DNA from: a virus
Taxonomy: Duplodnaviria > Caudoviricetes
Length of the DNA stretch: 64,000 nucleotides
IMG/VR virus record: IMGVR_UViG_3300032004_000001
Span: 1-64,000 of that record
Direction: 5' to 3' (one strand)
A program made the position numbers and the translations under genes. The notes below the pieces were generated by a model. It saw only the letters and a list, made by a program, of their open reading frames with translations, was not told the origin of the DNA and searched no databases. Numbering within the stretch: the stretch's first letter is position 1; every line of letters starts with the position of its first letter. Positions 51,306 through 60,761 of this stretch are shown in pieces.

Positions 51306-54300
51306 TCAATTATCCCTTGTCGATCTCAGCCAGTTATCCAGCATACCTTGCGGGCGGATCATATCCTTCATCGTGCTGACCACCACGGTTTTTACCGTGT
51401 CCAGGATTTGTCGAGTCTCGCCTGCATCCCCTCCGCCCGTGCCAGGCGCCATCTGGATTACCGGTGCCAGGACGATCTCGTAGTTGTTGCCGCCTCCCGA
51501 CTGACTCGCCAGCTTGGATGCGCTGTTGCCCCGGCCGGTGACGTGGGCAGGGCCGGAGACCAGCTCAGGGCCGTACTCGCCGACGATACCGGTGCGGTTG
51601 TAAGGGATGAATCCTCCGGTGTCGTACATGGTCATGCCGCCACCGCCGCCTCCCCCACCACCAGACGAGGACCCACCGGCCAATTGGCCGATCGCCAGGC
51701 CTGCTACCAACCCTGCGTTGGCGTAGCCGGTGGCACGGATGAACGTGGCCAGTCCAATGCCCATGCCGAACGGCATCTCGCCGGTTGCCCGGGCAGCCGC
51801 CAATTCTGTGTACATGATGATCTGTGCAACGGCCAGGGCCTTCTGTGCGACGAAGGCGATCTTCTGTGCAGCGCTAGCGTCCTCAGCCGCGCTGGCGAAC
51901 ATCCCCAGGATGTTACCGGCCGAGGCCATGGCGCCGATCAGGGCCATCTTGCCCATCTCTTCCTGGTACTTGGCGTACTGGGTGGCGACCGCGCCCTGCT
52001 GCTCGCCGGCAGTGCGCTGGATGGCGGACTTCTGATCCTGGTAAGTCTTCTCGATGCGCAGCATCTCGTCAGCGTGCGCCTGCTGCTCCAACTGCTTGGC
52101 GTTCAACTGCTCGGTCTGCAGCTGGCGCTCGCGCTCGTTGGCGGCCAACTGGATTTCCAGACTCTTCTCTAGCTCCAGCTGGCGCTTCTCATAGGCCTTG
52201 TTGCCGTCGGACGCTTCGACCACCGTCGAAACCAGGTCAGTGAACGGCGAGCTGGAGGCATCCCCTGTGGTCAAGCCTGCTGTGGGCAGGCCGGAGGTCG
52301 CTTGGTCTAGCTGCTTCTCGCGGATCTGCATGTAGATCCGGTTGAACTCTTCCAGGCTGATCGTGCCGCGCTGCAGGTTGTCGTTGAGCACAGCCAGGTC
52401 GTTGGCGGCGATACCAAACGGCGACTGCGAGTAACCGTCTCGCAGCTTCTCCAGGGCCGTGTGCTGCTTGTCCAGCGCGTTGACAGCTTGGTAGTACTTC
52501 AGGTTCAGCTCACCAAGGGCTTTGTCCTCCTGCTCCATGGTGATGGTGCCCGCGGCGCGCAGGCGGCGCATAGCCTCTGTGCCCTTGGCCAGATCCAGTT
52601 GCGCGTAGCTGGCCTCGTCGAATTTCTTGGCCAGGGCGGTATAGGCTCGCAGGTCTTCCTCTGCTTGTCGCTCGGCTGTCTTGTCCGAGCGGCCGGCGGC
52701 CTTGGTGCTCTTGCCCTCCATGCTCTTGATTTGGCCGAGGATTTTCGCCTGTTCGCCGTAGAGCCTGGTCAGGTTTTTGGTGTCGGCTGCTTTACCCTCA
52801 CCTGGTGCTTCCGCCGCCTGGATCTCCGCGCGGATCGCCTCGAGCTGCTTCTTCTGCGCAGCGAGGTTTTCCGTCTCGGACATGGTGACCAGCGCCGAGG
52901 CGCGTTTGGCCTCGGCCAGCTTCTGCTCGTCGTCCTTGAGCTTGGTCAGCAGGACCTCGCGATCCGACTCGAGCTGCGCCATGGTCTTGGCCGAACTCTC
53001 TAGCTGTTGCAGCCCTGGGCGCGCGGCCATGTCGTTGGCTGCCACCGCCGCCGCGCCCTTCTCGATCAGCTGGCGCTGGTTCTCCTTCTCGGCGGTGATG
53101 GCCTTCTCGTTGTCCAGCAACTGCTGGGCCAGCGGTGTGATTTTCTCGTAATTCTTAGCGTCAGCCTGCGCGCGCAGATCCGCCTGGATCTTGCCTAGCT
53201 GGGCTTCGGTTGTTGGTAGGTTGGCGCGGGTCTGCTGTACGTTGTTAGCGCTGCCCTGCGCCGCGGCCATCAACTCGTTACGGCGCTTGGTCAGCGCATC
53301 GACCATGGCTTGCGAGCCGGCCGCGCCTGCGCCGAAGTCTCCGCCGCCTTGCGCCAGCGAGATCGACAGGTTGGTCTGTGCGATTGCCAGGTCATTGGTC
53401 AGCTTGACCAGCTCCGCGAGGCGGTTGGCGTGTGCCTGGCCTTCGTCGACGTAATCGTTGGTGGTCTTGCCCAGCCCGTCCAGCGACACCTGGGATTCCT
53501 TGACCCGTGCCTCGAACGTGCCGAGCATCGCCTGCAGGCCGTCCAACTCATCGCGCACAGGCTTCAGCGATTCTTCAGGCAGCCCGGCCGCCACACCCTG
53601 CTGAAGCAGGGTAGTACGGGAATTGATCCGGGCCTGCACATCCCCTACGCCGAGCTTGTTGGACTCCAGCTGTTCCTTGAGCGCCGCGCGCTGGCGCGCC
53701 AGTCCGGTCTCCTCAATCGACTTCTTCAGCTGGTCATAGCTGCTCTTGACGTCGTCAATAGAGTTGCGGTGGTTCAGCACCTCTTCGTCGGTGTCCGTGC
53801 TGAACACCGAGTAAATCGCCGAGCCGATACCGTAGATCAGACCCACCCAGCCCAGGGCGCGCATCACCGCGCCGGCCGCCGCCGCCATTATGCTGAGACG
53901 TGACGCTGCCCAGGCAGCCCCTGTGCCCAGCGTGGTCAGGCCGTTGGCTGCCATCACCGAAGCAGCAGCCTGTACCCGGAACGCCGTGGTGGCATTGCCT
54001 GTGGTCAGGCTCATCTGCGTCATGCCGGCTGAGGTCGCGGCCAGGCGCTCGGACACCAGGGTCAGGCGCTCGGAAGCGCCCTTGGCATCCACCGACAGCG
54101 CGCCAAACACGCTGCCTGTGGCGATTTTGTACGCGGCCACGCCGCCCAGTACCCGGGCGATCGCTTCGGCGGAGGTTTGCGCCTGCACCATCAGCCGTTC
54201 CAGGCTGGTGATGTCGGTGCCCTCGCGATACGGCTCCATCAAGTCCAGAACGTATTTGGTGGCGTTGGCGGTCATCTCGCGCAGGCGCATGTCCAGTTGG

Positions 54301-56471
54301 CTGAAGGCCTGCAGCTGGACTTCCTCAAGGCTGGACAGCATCTCCTTCCAGTCGAACTTGAGGTTGTCGGAAATGATCTTCTCCATCCGGTCGCCAGCTC
54401 CGGCGACGTTCTGGTTCTGCGCGCTGAACTCGTTGAACTGGGCCGTATTGTCGACCAGGCCAGTCACTGCCGAGGAAGCGTACACGCCGACCAGGTCGGT
54501 GATAGCAGCCAACCGCTCAGGGCCAGGCAGGTCTTTGAACGCCCTGGACATCTGGTTGATGATGTTGCTCAGCGACCGGGTGTTGCCTTCCGCATCCAAG
54601 ATATCCAGGCTGTATTTCTTGATGACCTCGGAGCCCTGCTTGGTCGGGTTCAGCAGGTTGGTGAACATCCGGCGCAGTGCGGAACCGGAGCGAGAGCCCT
54701 TGATCCCGACGTTGGCCATAGTCTCAATGGCCGCCGTGGTTTCCTGGATCGAGAACCCGGCAGTCTTGGCCGCTGGGCCAGCGTAGCTCAGCGAGTTGGC
54801 CAGCTGTTCGATGTCGGCGTTGGAGTTGTTCACCGCCGTGGCCATCAAGTCCACGACACCCTGCAGGTCCTTGGCCTGCATTCCGAAGGTCATCAGCACG
54901 TTGGTGGCGATGTCCGCCGAACGGCCCATATCCACGTTGGCCAGGTTGGCCAGCTGCAGTGCTGGCTTCAGCGCGACCAGAGCCTCGTTGGCCGACAGGC
55001 CAGCCATACCCAGTTGCTGCAGACCGTCGCCGACCTCAGACGCGGTGAACACCGTCGTCTGGCCCAGGGCCCTAACCTGCATCTCCAGGGCTCGGGACTG
55101 CTCTTGAGCGTTGGTCAGCCACGGGGCCGAATCCTCCCCGCCGGACATCACCGCGCGGGTGCGGGACATCGTTGCGTAGAACTCGGCACCGGTGATGACC
55201 GAGTCGCGCAGCGCGGCGGAGATCCCGTAGGTGGCCGTGGCCGCCAGGACAGTGGCGCTGGTGTACATGCCGACGCTGGCATGCAGCCCGGTGAGGCCTG
55301 CGCGCAGCATAGCGGCCGACTGACTGCCTAGCTCCTGGGCTACGTTGACCTTGGTCTGCGCCGCGCCAAAGCCCAGTAGGGCCGAAGTGGACATGCCCAG
55401 CAGCTTGTTGTGGCGTTCCTGCTCGGCGATCTGCGTCTTGAGCTGGGTAACGCGCTGGCCGTGCGAGGTGGATGCCAGCTGAGCCTGAGCCTGCAGCCTG
55501 ACCAGCGCCGCTTCCTCGCGCTTGATCGCCGCCGTCATCTCGTCGACGACTTTCTTCTCGATGGTGGCTTCGGTTATGGCCTTCTTGCGCGCGGCGATTT
55601 GCGCGTTGACCCTGGCGATCTCTTCCTGACGGCCGCCGGTCAAGCTGGCCAGAGTGGCTTGCAGCTTCTTCAGCTGCAGGTCCTCGCGCGCCGTCTCAGT
55701 GATCTCGGCCTTACGGGCCGCGATCAGCTGCTGGGTCTTTGTGATCTGCTCCTGCTGGCCACCAGTGAGCCCGGCCAGGGTCTTCTCCAGCTGGCGCAGC
55801 TGGTTGTCCAGCCTGAACTCTTCGGTGATTTGGCTGCGGCGCGCGGCGATGTACGCCTGAGTCATCACGTTGGACCTGCCCTGGCCACTGGTCATGCCCG
55901 CCAGGGTCAGGGTCAGGTTGTCGCCGGTGATACGCAGCCGCTGCTCCACCGTGGCCATGTTCTGCTTGTGAGCCAGGTTGGCTTTCAGGTTCGCATTAGA
56001 TTTGCCGACTTCGCTGTCCGTGGCGGCGATCGCCGCGCGCAGGAACGAGTTCTCGGCGGTCATCTTGTTGGTCAGCTGAAGGGTCTTCTGCTGCCAGGCG
56101 CTGTAGGTGTTCTTGCTCGCGGTATCGTTGAGCAGCCGGCCGAGTTCAGCCAGCTCGCCGTTGTAGGCTTTGGCTTGGACGGTGGCTTTGAGGTTGTTGG
56201 CGGCCAGGCCGGACATCATCAGGTTGACGTTGTCCCGCACGGTCTGCATGGTCTTGCCAAGCTTTTCGGCATCGGCGCCGGAGGCGACAAGGATCTTCTC
56301 GAGCTTGTCGTACTCGGCGTTCATCGTGGCCAGCAGCTTCGTGGAAGCTGAAGTGGACTTTCCGGACTTGGCCTCGAGGGTATCGAGGGCCTTACCCATG
56401 TTGGCCAGCCGCAACTGGAACTGTGCCAACTGGCTCAGCGATTCGGAGAAGTCCACTTCAAACTGAGCCAT
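51306..56471 (-). CDS. Tape measure protein (1721 aa)
   Basis: Helical Ala/Leu/Gln-rich; TP901-type core LGQTTVFTASEV..GL..LGMAG; C-terminal YDTGG...GEYGPE; implies a long tail, about twice lambda if the usual aa-to-length ratio holds. Confidence 0.95.
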   Translation of the reverse strand: MAQFEVDFSESLSQLAQFQLRLANMGKALDTLEAKSGKSTSASTKLLATMNAEYDKLEKILVASGADAEKLGKTMQTVRDNVNLMMSGLAANNLKATVQAKAYNGELAELGRLLNDTASKNTYSAWQQKTLQLTNKMTAENSFLRAAIAATDSEVGKSNANLKANLAHKQNMATVEQRLRITGDNLTLTLAGMTSGQGRSNVMTQAYIAARRSQITEEFRLDNQLRQLEKTLAGLTGGQQEQITKTQQLIAARKAEITETAREDLQLKKLQATLASLTGGRQEEIARVNAQIAARKKAITEATIEKKVVDEMTAAIKREEAALVRLQAQAQLASTSHGQRVTQLKTQIAEQERHNKLLGMSTSALLGFGAAQTKVNVAQELGSQSAAMLRAGLTGLHASVGMYTSATVLAATATYGISAALRDSVITGAEFYATMSRTRAVMSGGEDSAPWLTNAQEQSRALEMQVRALGQTTVFTASEVGDGLQQLGMAGLSANEALVALKPALQLANLANVDMGRSADIATNVLMTFGMQAKDLQGVVDLMATAVNNSNADIEQLANSLSYAGPAAKTAGFSIQETTAAIETMANVGIKGSRSGSALRRMFTNLLNPTKQGSEVIKKYSLDILDAEGNTRSLSNIINQMSRAFKDLPGPERLAAITDLVGVYASSAVTGLVDNTAQFNEFSAQNQNVAGAGDRMEKIISDNLKFDWKEMLSSLEEVQLQAFSQLDMRLREMTANATKYVLDLMEPYREGTDITSLERLMVQAQTSAEAIARVLGGVAAYKIATGSVFGALSVDAKGASERLTLVSERLAATSAGMTQMSLTTGNATTAFRVQAAASVMAANGLTTLGTGAAWAASRLSIMAAAAGAVMRALGWVGLIYGIGSAIYSVFSTDTDEEVLNHRNSIDDVKSSYDQLKKSIEETGLARQRAALKEQLESNKLGVGDVQARINSRTTLLQQGVAAGLPEESLKPVRDELDGLQAMLGTFEARVKESQVSLDGLGKTTNDYVDEGQAHANRLAELVKLTNDLAIAQTNLSISLAQGGGDFGAGAAGSQAMVDALTKRRNELMAAAQGSANNVQQTRANLPTTEAQLGKIQADLRAQADAKNYEKITPLAQQLLDNEKAITAEKENQRQLIEKGAAAVAANDMAARPGLQQLESSAKTMAQLESDREVLLTKLKDDEQKLAEAKRASALVTMSETENLAAQKKQLEAIRAEIQAAEAPGEGKAADTKNLTRLYGEQAKILGQIKSMEGKSTKAAGRSDKTAERQAEEDLRAYTALAKKFDEASYAQLDLAKGTEAMRRLRAAGTITMEQEDKALGELNLKYYQAVNALDKQHTALEKLRDGYSQSPFGIAANDLAVLNDNLQRGTISLEEFNRIYMQIREKQLDQATSGLPTAGLTTGDASSSPFTDLVSTVVEASDGNKAYEKRQLELEKSLEIQLAANERERQLQTEQLNAKQLEQQAHADEMLRIEKTYQDQKSAIQRTAGEQQGAVATQYAKYQEEMGKMALIGAMASAGNILGMFASAAEDASAAQKIAFVAQKALAVAQIIMYTELAAARATGEMPFGMGIGLATFIRATGYANAGLVAGLAIGQLAGGSSSGGGGGGGGGMTMYDTGGFIPYNRTGIVGEYGPELVSGPAHVTGRGNSASKLASQSGGGNNYEIVLAPVIQMAPGTGGGDAGETRQILDTVKTVVVSTMKDMIRPQGMLDNWLRSTRDN

Positions 56472-56864
56472 TTATCTCTTCCTCTTCCTTTTGGGCTTCC
56501 GAGGAGGGTCCTTTTCTTCAGCTGTTCGCTGAGCCTCCGCCTTCATGTACTGATCATACAGTATGGCGTTGTCGGTTTCCTCCATTGTCAAGTAGAAGAG
56601 GCTCATTTGCTCGGGGTGCAGCCGTAAAACTCGCTCTGCGAAGTCAGCCATTTCCTGATAGCTCAGCGGCTGATACCCGGTATTGCCGAACTGCCGCCTG
56701 CGGTGCAGGCGGAAGAAGGCGTTGGCCAGCCACCGATGGATGGGCAGGGGTTCTCGGAAATCGGCAAGTTTTGGGTGCTTCTTACCGAACTTCTTCTCCA
56801 GGGCCTGAAAAGCCTGGATCCCCTTCTGCCCATACGTGATCAGGAAACGGCAGAACTCTTTACC
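56472..56864 (-). CDS. Tail assembly chaperone T segment (expressed as a G-T fusion by -1 frameshift)
   Basis: No own start; -1 frame open from G GTA AAG: GKEFCRFLITYG...WLANAFFRL...PLSYQEM...TDN; ends TAA directly before the TMP ATG; not in ORF track. Confidence 0.85.
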   Translation of the reverse strand, partial: GKEFCRFLITYGQKGIQAFQALEKKFGKKHPKLADFREPLPIHRWLANAFFRLHRRRQFGNTGYQPLSYQEMADFAERVLRLHPEQMSLFYLTMEETDNAILYDQYMKAEAQRTAEEKDPPRKPKRKRKR

Positions 56865-57292
56865 GTTTTGGCCACACTTTCTTCGGCTGCAGCGCGGTAG
56901 TACGAGTGGTTCAGCGAGAACATCTCAAGGAATCTCGCCAATTCGGCGTAGCGCGGGTCAAGCATCAGCTTCACGCCCAGCTCGGGGGTGTAGGCCAGCT
57001 CGCCTTCGCCTTTCTCGCCGACGTTCTTCCAATCCAACAGGCACTGCTCACAGAAGGCGATGGTGTAGATTTCCTGCAGCTTGCTCATGGCCTCGGGGGT
57101 CATGCTACCTGCGTCGTCCTTCTTCTCCAGGACTTCGCGGTTCAGGTTGAACAGCTCGCCAACCCGCGCGTCGTAGCTGGCGCCTTTGCGCGCGAGCAGA
57201 AATTGGCCGCCCATGTAGTCAGCCCACACGCCGCCGGAAGAAAGTTTTGGGTCAATCGCGATGGAAGAGAGAATAAGCATTTGAGGGATCAT
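56840..57292 (-). CDS. Tail assembly chaperone G
   Basis: Between tube and TMP; CLLDWKNV; start may be ATG 57280. Confidence 0.85.
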   Translation of the reverse strand: MIPQMLILSSIAIDPKLSSGGVWADYMGGQFLLARKGASYDARVGELFNLNREVLEKKDDAGSMTPEAMSKLQEIYTIAFCEQCLLDWKNVGEKGEGELAYTPELGVKLMLDPRYAELARFLEMFSLNHSYYRAAAEESVAKTVKSSAVS

Positions 57293-57304
57293 CCTTGGGA
57301 AAGT

Positions 57305-57343
57305 CGGTAACTAGCGGCGTTACTCTATCAAGAGCAACGCCGC
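57305..57343 (-). promoter_or_regulatory. 13-bp hairpin, extended -10 and putative operator CGCTAGTTACCG (57305-57316)
   Basis: - strand GTGACT-17-TAGAGT with TGa extension; GCGGCGTTGCTCT-TGAT-AGAGTAACGCCGC. Confidence 0.55.
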
Positions 57344-57359
57344 GAGTCACGCCCCAAGG

Positions 57360-58409
57360 TTACGGGGTAGGCACGTAGCTGATGGCGATCACGCAAGGAA
57401 CGTCGACGTTGTCGCCGATGGTGACCTTGCCTGCTTCGGCGGTGAGGGTCATGGCCGACTTGTAGTCAGCGTTCTCGCCTTCAGCGTTGTTGGTCGGGGC
57501 CTGCGCCATCAGATTCGGCATCTGGATGGTGAAGGTGCCTTCAGCGGTGGAGACCGTGGTCTTCAGGCTGACGCGCTTGTTGTTCATGTGGGTGTCGAGG
57601 ATGGTCTGGTCGAAGTAGTAAATCTCGCCAGAGAAGGTCACCGCGACCTTGCCCACACCGATACCCGCAGCGAACTGGTGGCCGAGACCGGACTGCTCAC
57701 GAGCGTTGTTCTGGATCTGCAGCGAGGCATCGCTCCAGGTCACTTCGAGCAGGTCGTCGTTTTCGTCGCGGATCTCGATGGCCGACAGGTTGTTCGAGCT
57801 GTCAGCGATCTCGTAGTTGGCCGGCGCGGTCTTGGCGTTGCCCACCGAACCGCCCAGGCCGTCGGCACCCGCAACCGCATTGCCATAGTCAGCATTGGCC
57901 GACATGGTGTTGCACGCCAGGGTGATCAGCTCACCATCGCCGAACTGCATGGTGACGTCGTTCATGATGGTGCCGAAGTACCACTCATGGTCCAGGCGGT
58001 CGGTGGCCAGCGCGCCTTGGCGAACTGTTTTCTCGACGACCATGTACTGCTTCAGCTCGCCATCGGTGATGAACTTGCCCTGCAGAGGGTCGGTGGAATT
58101 GACGTCCTTCCAGGTGCCCAGCAGCGCGAGCTGGAGCAGGTCCAAGATCCATGGAGTGGCACCGAATTCCACGGTGACCGCGCCGTTGGCACTGCCCTTG
58201 GTGTTCTTCGAACCAGAGGTACGGCGGTCGCCGCGAATTGCAGTGGAAGTCTTCGACTCCTTCTGCATGGCGAAGCCTTCGGTGGTGAACGGGATCAACT
58301 TCATCGGTACGCGCGTGGCGCCGACGAAGTCGGATTTGCTATCCAGAGGGCTGATGGCATATGCCAGCGACACCGAGGACGTATCGTTAAAACTCTTGAC
58401 TTGTGGCAT
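57360..58409 (-). CDS. Major tail tube protein
   Basis: Position; FTTEG, S.IRGDR, YMVVEK; GGAG RBS 9 nt before ATG 58409. Confidence 0.85.
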   Translation of the reverse strand: MPQVKSFNDTSSVSLAYAISPLDSKSDFVGATRVPMKLIPFTTEGFAMQKESKTSTAIRGDRRTSGSKNTKGSANGAVTVEFGATPWILDLLQLALLGTWKDVNSTDPLQGKFITDGELKQYMVVEKTVRQGALATDRLDHEWYFGTIMNDVTMQFGDGELITLACNTMSANADYGNAVAGADGLGGSVGNAKTAPANYEIADSSNNLSAIEIRDENDDLLEVTWSDASLQIQNNAREQSGLGHQFAAGIGVGKVAVTFSGEIYYFDQTILDTHMNNKRVSLKTTVSTAEGTFTIQMPNLMAQAPTNNAEGENADYKSAMTLTAEAGKVTIGDNVDVPCVIAISYVPTP

Positions 58410-58414
58410 AGCCG

Positions 58415-58867
58415 TCAACTCCTTTGGACGTAAATTTCAAACTCAATGTTTGTCACACCGCCGTAGGCGGTGAAGCCATGCAACGGGGCCGGTGGCACAG
58501 GTTCAAAAGTGCGGAACCTGATGCCGTTTATGGTCTGGTCCTGGAACCAGTTCGCAACTGCTTCGACCTTGCGGCCGTACTTTACCTTGTCCCGCGGGGC
58601 TTTGGTAAACAACGAGAGGTCCAGGCTCCCGAATACCTTGCGTGGTGCTACCTGCGACGGGCCTGCGCGGCCAGTGCGCTCGATGACCAACTCGAACAGC
58701 CAGAATTCCTCATCCTGCTCTAACAGCACTCCCACATCGTTGTCGCTGAGATCCGCGCCTTCTATAAAATCATAGGCGTAGAGCATGTCAGGGTCGACCT
58801 TCGTCCGGACGTACTCTCGAAAGCGGACATCCAGGTCGGACAGTGATTCCAGCATGAAGTCGCTCAT
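58415..58867 (-). CDS. Tail terminator-like protein
   Basis: Synteny and size. Confidence 0.6.
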   Translation of the reverse strand: MSDFMLESLSDLDVRFREYVRTKVDPDMLYAYDFIEGADLSDNDVGVLLEQDEEFWLFELVIERTGRAGPSQVAPRKVFGSLDLSLFTKAPRDKVKYGRKVEAVANWFQDQTINGIRFRTFEPVPPAPLHGFTAYGGVTNIEFEIYVQRS

Positions 58868-59370
58868 CGGTAGCTTTTCCTTACCTGGCCAGCGGCCATG
58901 CGATTCTCGAAGATACGTCGTACCTCTTCCACTGCAGCCAGCCCCGCACCCTCTATGTTTGCGTTGTGGCCGTACTCAGTTTCCGGATCTATGGCGTTGA
59001 AGAAATAGAACACTGTGGCGGGATTGCGTCCGGCGACCAGCTTCTCTACTACTTCACGCAGCTCCTTGTCCCGCACGAACCGCTGGGTCAGGGCAGCGTT
59101 TTTGCCCGCATCCCGGCGGCGCCCCACCGGCGGCACTCCAGGCCTGGTAGATGTTTCACGCAAGTCGCGCAGAGTCCCGTAGCGGCGCGATGCTGGGCGG
59201 CTACGCCCCTTGGCCGCTATCTGCCAATGCACCGCGGCGTTGGAGGAGTCGTGCTTCGTTACCTGGACCGCCATCACCAGCCCAGCCATCACTGCCTGGC
59301 GTATCGCCCTAGAGAAGAGGGCACCTACGTCGACACTTAGGTTACGGGCTTGGTCGGCGAACTTACCCAT
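58864..59370 (-). CDS. Tail completion/neck protein (HK97 gp10-like position)
   Basis: TKHDSSNAAVHW, Arg-rich; synteny. Confidence 0.6.
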   Translation of the reverse strand: MGKFADQARNLSVDVGALFSRAIRQAVMAGLVMAVQVTKHDSSNAAVHWQIAAKGRSRPASRRYGTLRDLRETSTRPGVPPVGRRRDAGKNAALTQRFVRDKELREVVEKLVAGRNPATVFYFFNAIDPETEYGHNANIEGAGLAAVEEVRRIFENRMAAGQVRKSYR

Positions 59371-60281
59371 TAGACCACCCTCAAGGTGTACTGCCGGTTG
59401 CCTGCCTGAGTCTCAACGCTCTTGACCTGTTTTCTGACTCCGTTCAGTTCAAGCCACACGTCCTTGCCGCGGATGTTGACGCCGAACGGTAGGTGATCAG
59501 CTTCGAAAAACACGGTGCGGTAGGTCTGAGTGTCGGTAACCCACAGGGCGGCCTCAATTGCCTTCTCCATTACCCCTGTAACATTGAACTGGGACAGGCT
59601 CAGCTCGTACTCGTTGGTCACCTTGTTCATCACGCGCTTGCCCGCTACGTGCAAAACGAAGTCGCTGCGATAGTCGTTCTCGTGGTCTATACGCAGCCCA
59701 AAGAACCCTGAGTCGACAAAGGAGTCCAGAACCCTGTACTTCACGCCGTGCAGGGTGATGAAGTCCCACTCCTTGGGCTGTATGTTCAATGGCAGGTAGG
59801 CATTGTAGCGCTCGATGCGCAGGTCCGTTGTGCCGTTCTCGTCTGTGCTGCTGAGGAATTCGGTATCGATGTAGCACTTGGCAAGGGTCGTATCAACCAG
59901 CCAGCCCGGGTTGGTCGGCGGGCCCTGCACAACCTTGCGTGTGATAGTGGCCAGACCAGCGCCCCCACCTGGCACGTCCGTGACCAGCTGCAGGATAGTC
60001 AGGCCGAGGTAATCCACCCCGCCGAGGGCGTCCTTTCGGGTCGTGCCCAAGAGGTACACATCCTTGGTACCGGGGTGGCGAACTGTCAAACTTTCTGGAA
60101 ACACCACCGCGTTGTCGGCGAATAGCATCCGGCGCCGCGTTGGCTTGTTGAAGTTGCTGAGGAAGCGATCGGTCAAATCGATCCGGCCCAGGAAGAAGTT
60201 GGGGATCCAGGTCTCGGTGACCGGGTCCCAAGCCTCCATTGGCTCGGTGATGTGCTTGGCCGCAATCTTCTTCAGGTTCAT
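59370..60281 (-). CDS. Head-closure-like protein, about 3x usual size
   Basis: Synteny; beta-rich, three roughly 100-aa units. Confidence 0.55.
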   Translation of the reverse strand: MNLKKIAAKHITEPMEAWDPVTETWIPNFFLGRIDLTDRFLSNFNKPTRRRMLFADNAVVFPESLTVRHPGTKDVYLLGTTRKDALGGVDYLGLTILQLVTDVPGGGAGLATITRKVVQGPPTNPGWLVDTTLAKCYIDTEFLSSTDENGTTDLRIERYNAYLPLNIQPKEWDFITLHGVKYRVLDSFVDSGFFGLRIDHENDYRSDFVLHVAGKRVMNKVTNEYELSLSQFNVTGVMEKAIEAALWVTDTQTYRTVFFEADHLPFGVNIRGKDVWLELNGVRKQVKSVETQAGNRQYTLRVV

Positions 60282-60760
60282 TGCAGGTTGGCCGCCCTTG
60301 GCTGTGTGATTGGATCGCGGTCAGGGATGACACGCACAAACATCCGGTAGGGCATGGCTGTCGGCGGGGTGATGCCCAGGTCATCGACCAGGTCCGCCAG
60401 GTATGCGTCAGCTTGATCAAAGAACGCCTGGGCCATCCAGGCCCAGCCGTCTTTGTCACTGCGTTGGCCTTCGTTGGAGCCGTCAGAGACCTTCTTGAGG
60501 AAGATCACCTGGGCCATCCTGGCCACGACTCCAGCGCAGTAATACTTCGCTACCAGCGACAGCAGACGCTTCTGCTTTGCGGTTCCGGTCGAACCGTCGC
60601 CGATACCTTCCCACGCACCGGGCAAAGCCTTATCCAAGGCTGCACCCAAATCGTCGTCCAGACCTTGGGCGTCGATCTTTGCAGCGTCGATACCGTCCGA
60701 TCCGTCGGCGGTGAGTACAGCCAGGATTTGCTCAGTGGAGGTCAGGTCGAAGTAGGCCAT
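60278..60760 (-). CDS. Head-tail adaptor/connector
   Basis: Helical, synteny after the capsid. Confidence 0.6.
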   Translation of the reverse strand: MAYFDLTSTEQILAVLTADGSDGIDAAKIDAQGLDDDLGAALDKALPGAWEGIGDGSTGTAKQKRLLSLVAKYYCAGVVARMAQVIFLKKVSDGSNEGQRSDKDGWAWMAQAFFDQADAYLADLVDDLGITPPTAMPYRMFVRVIPDRDPITQPRAANLQ

Positions 60761-60761
60761 T

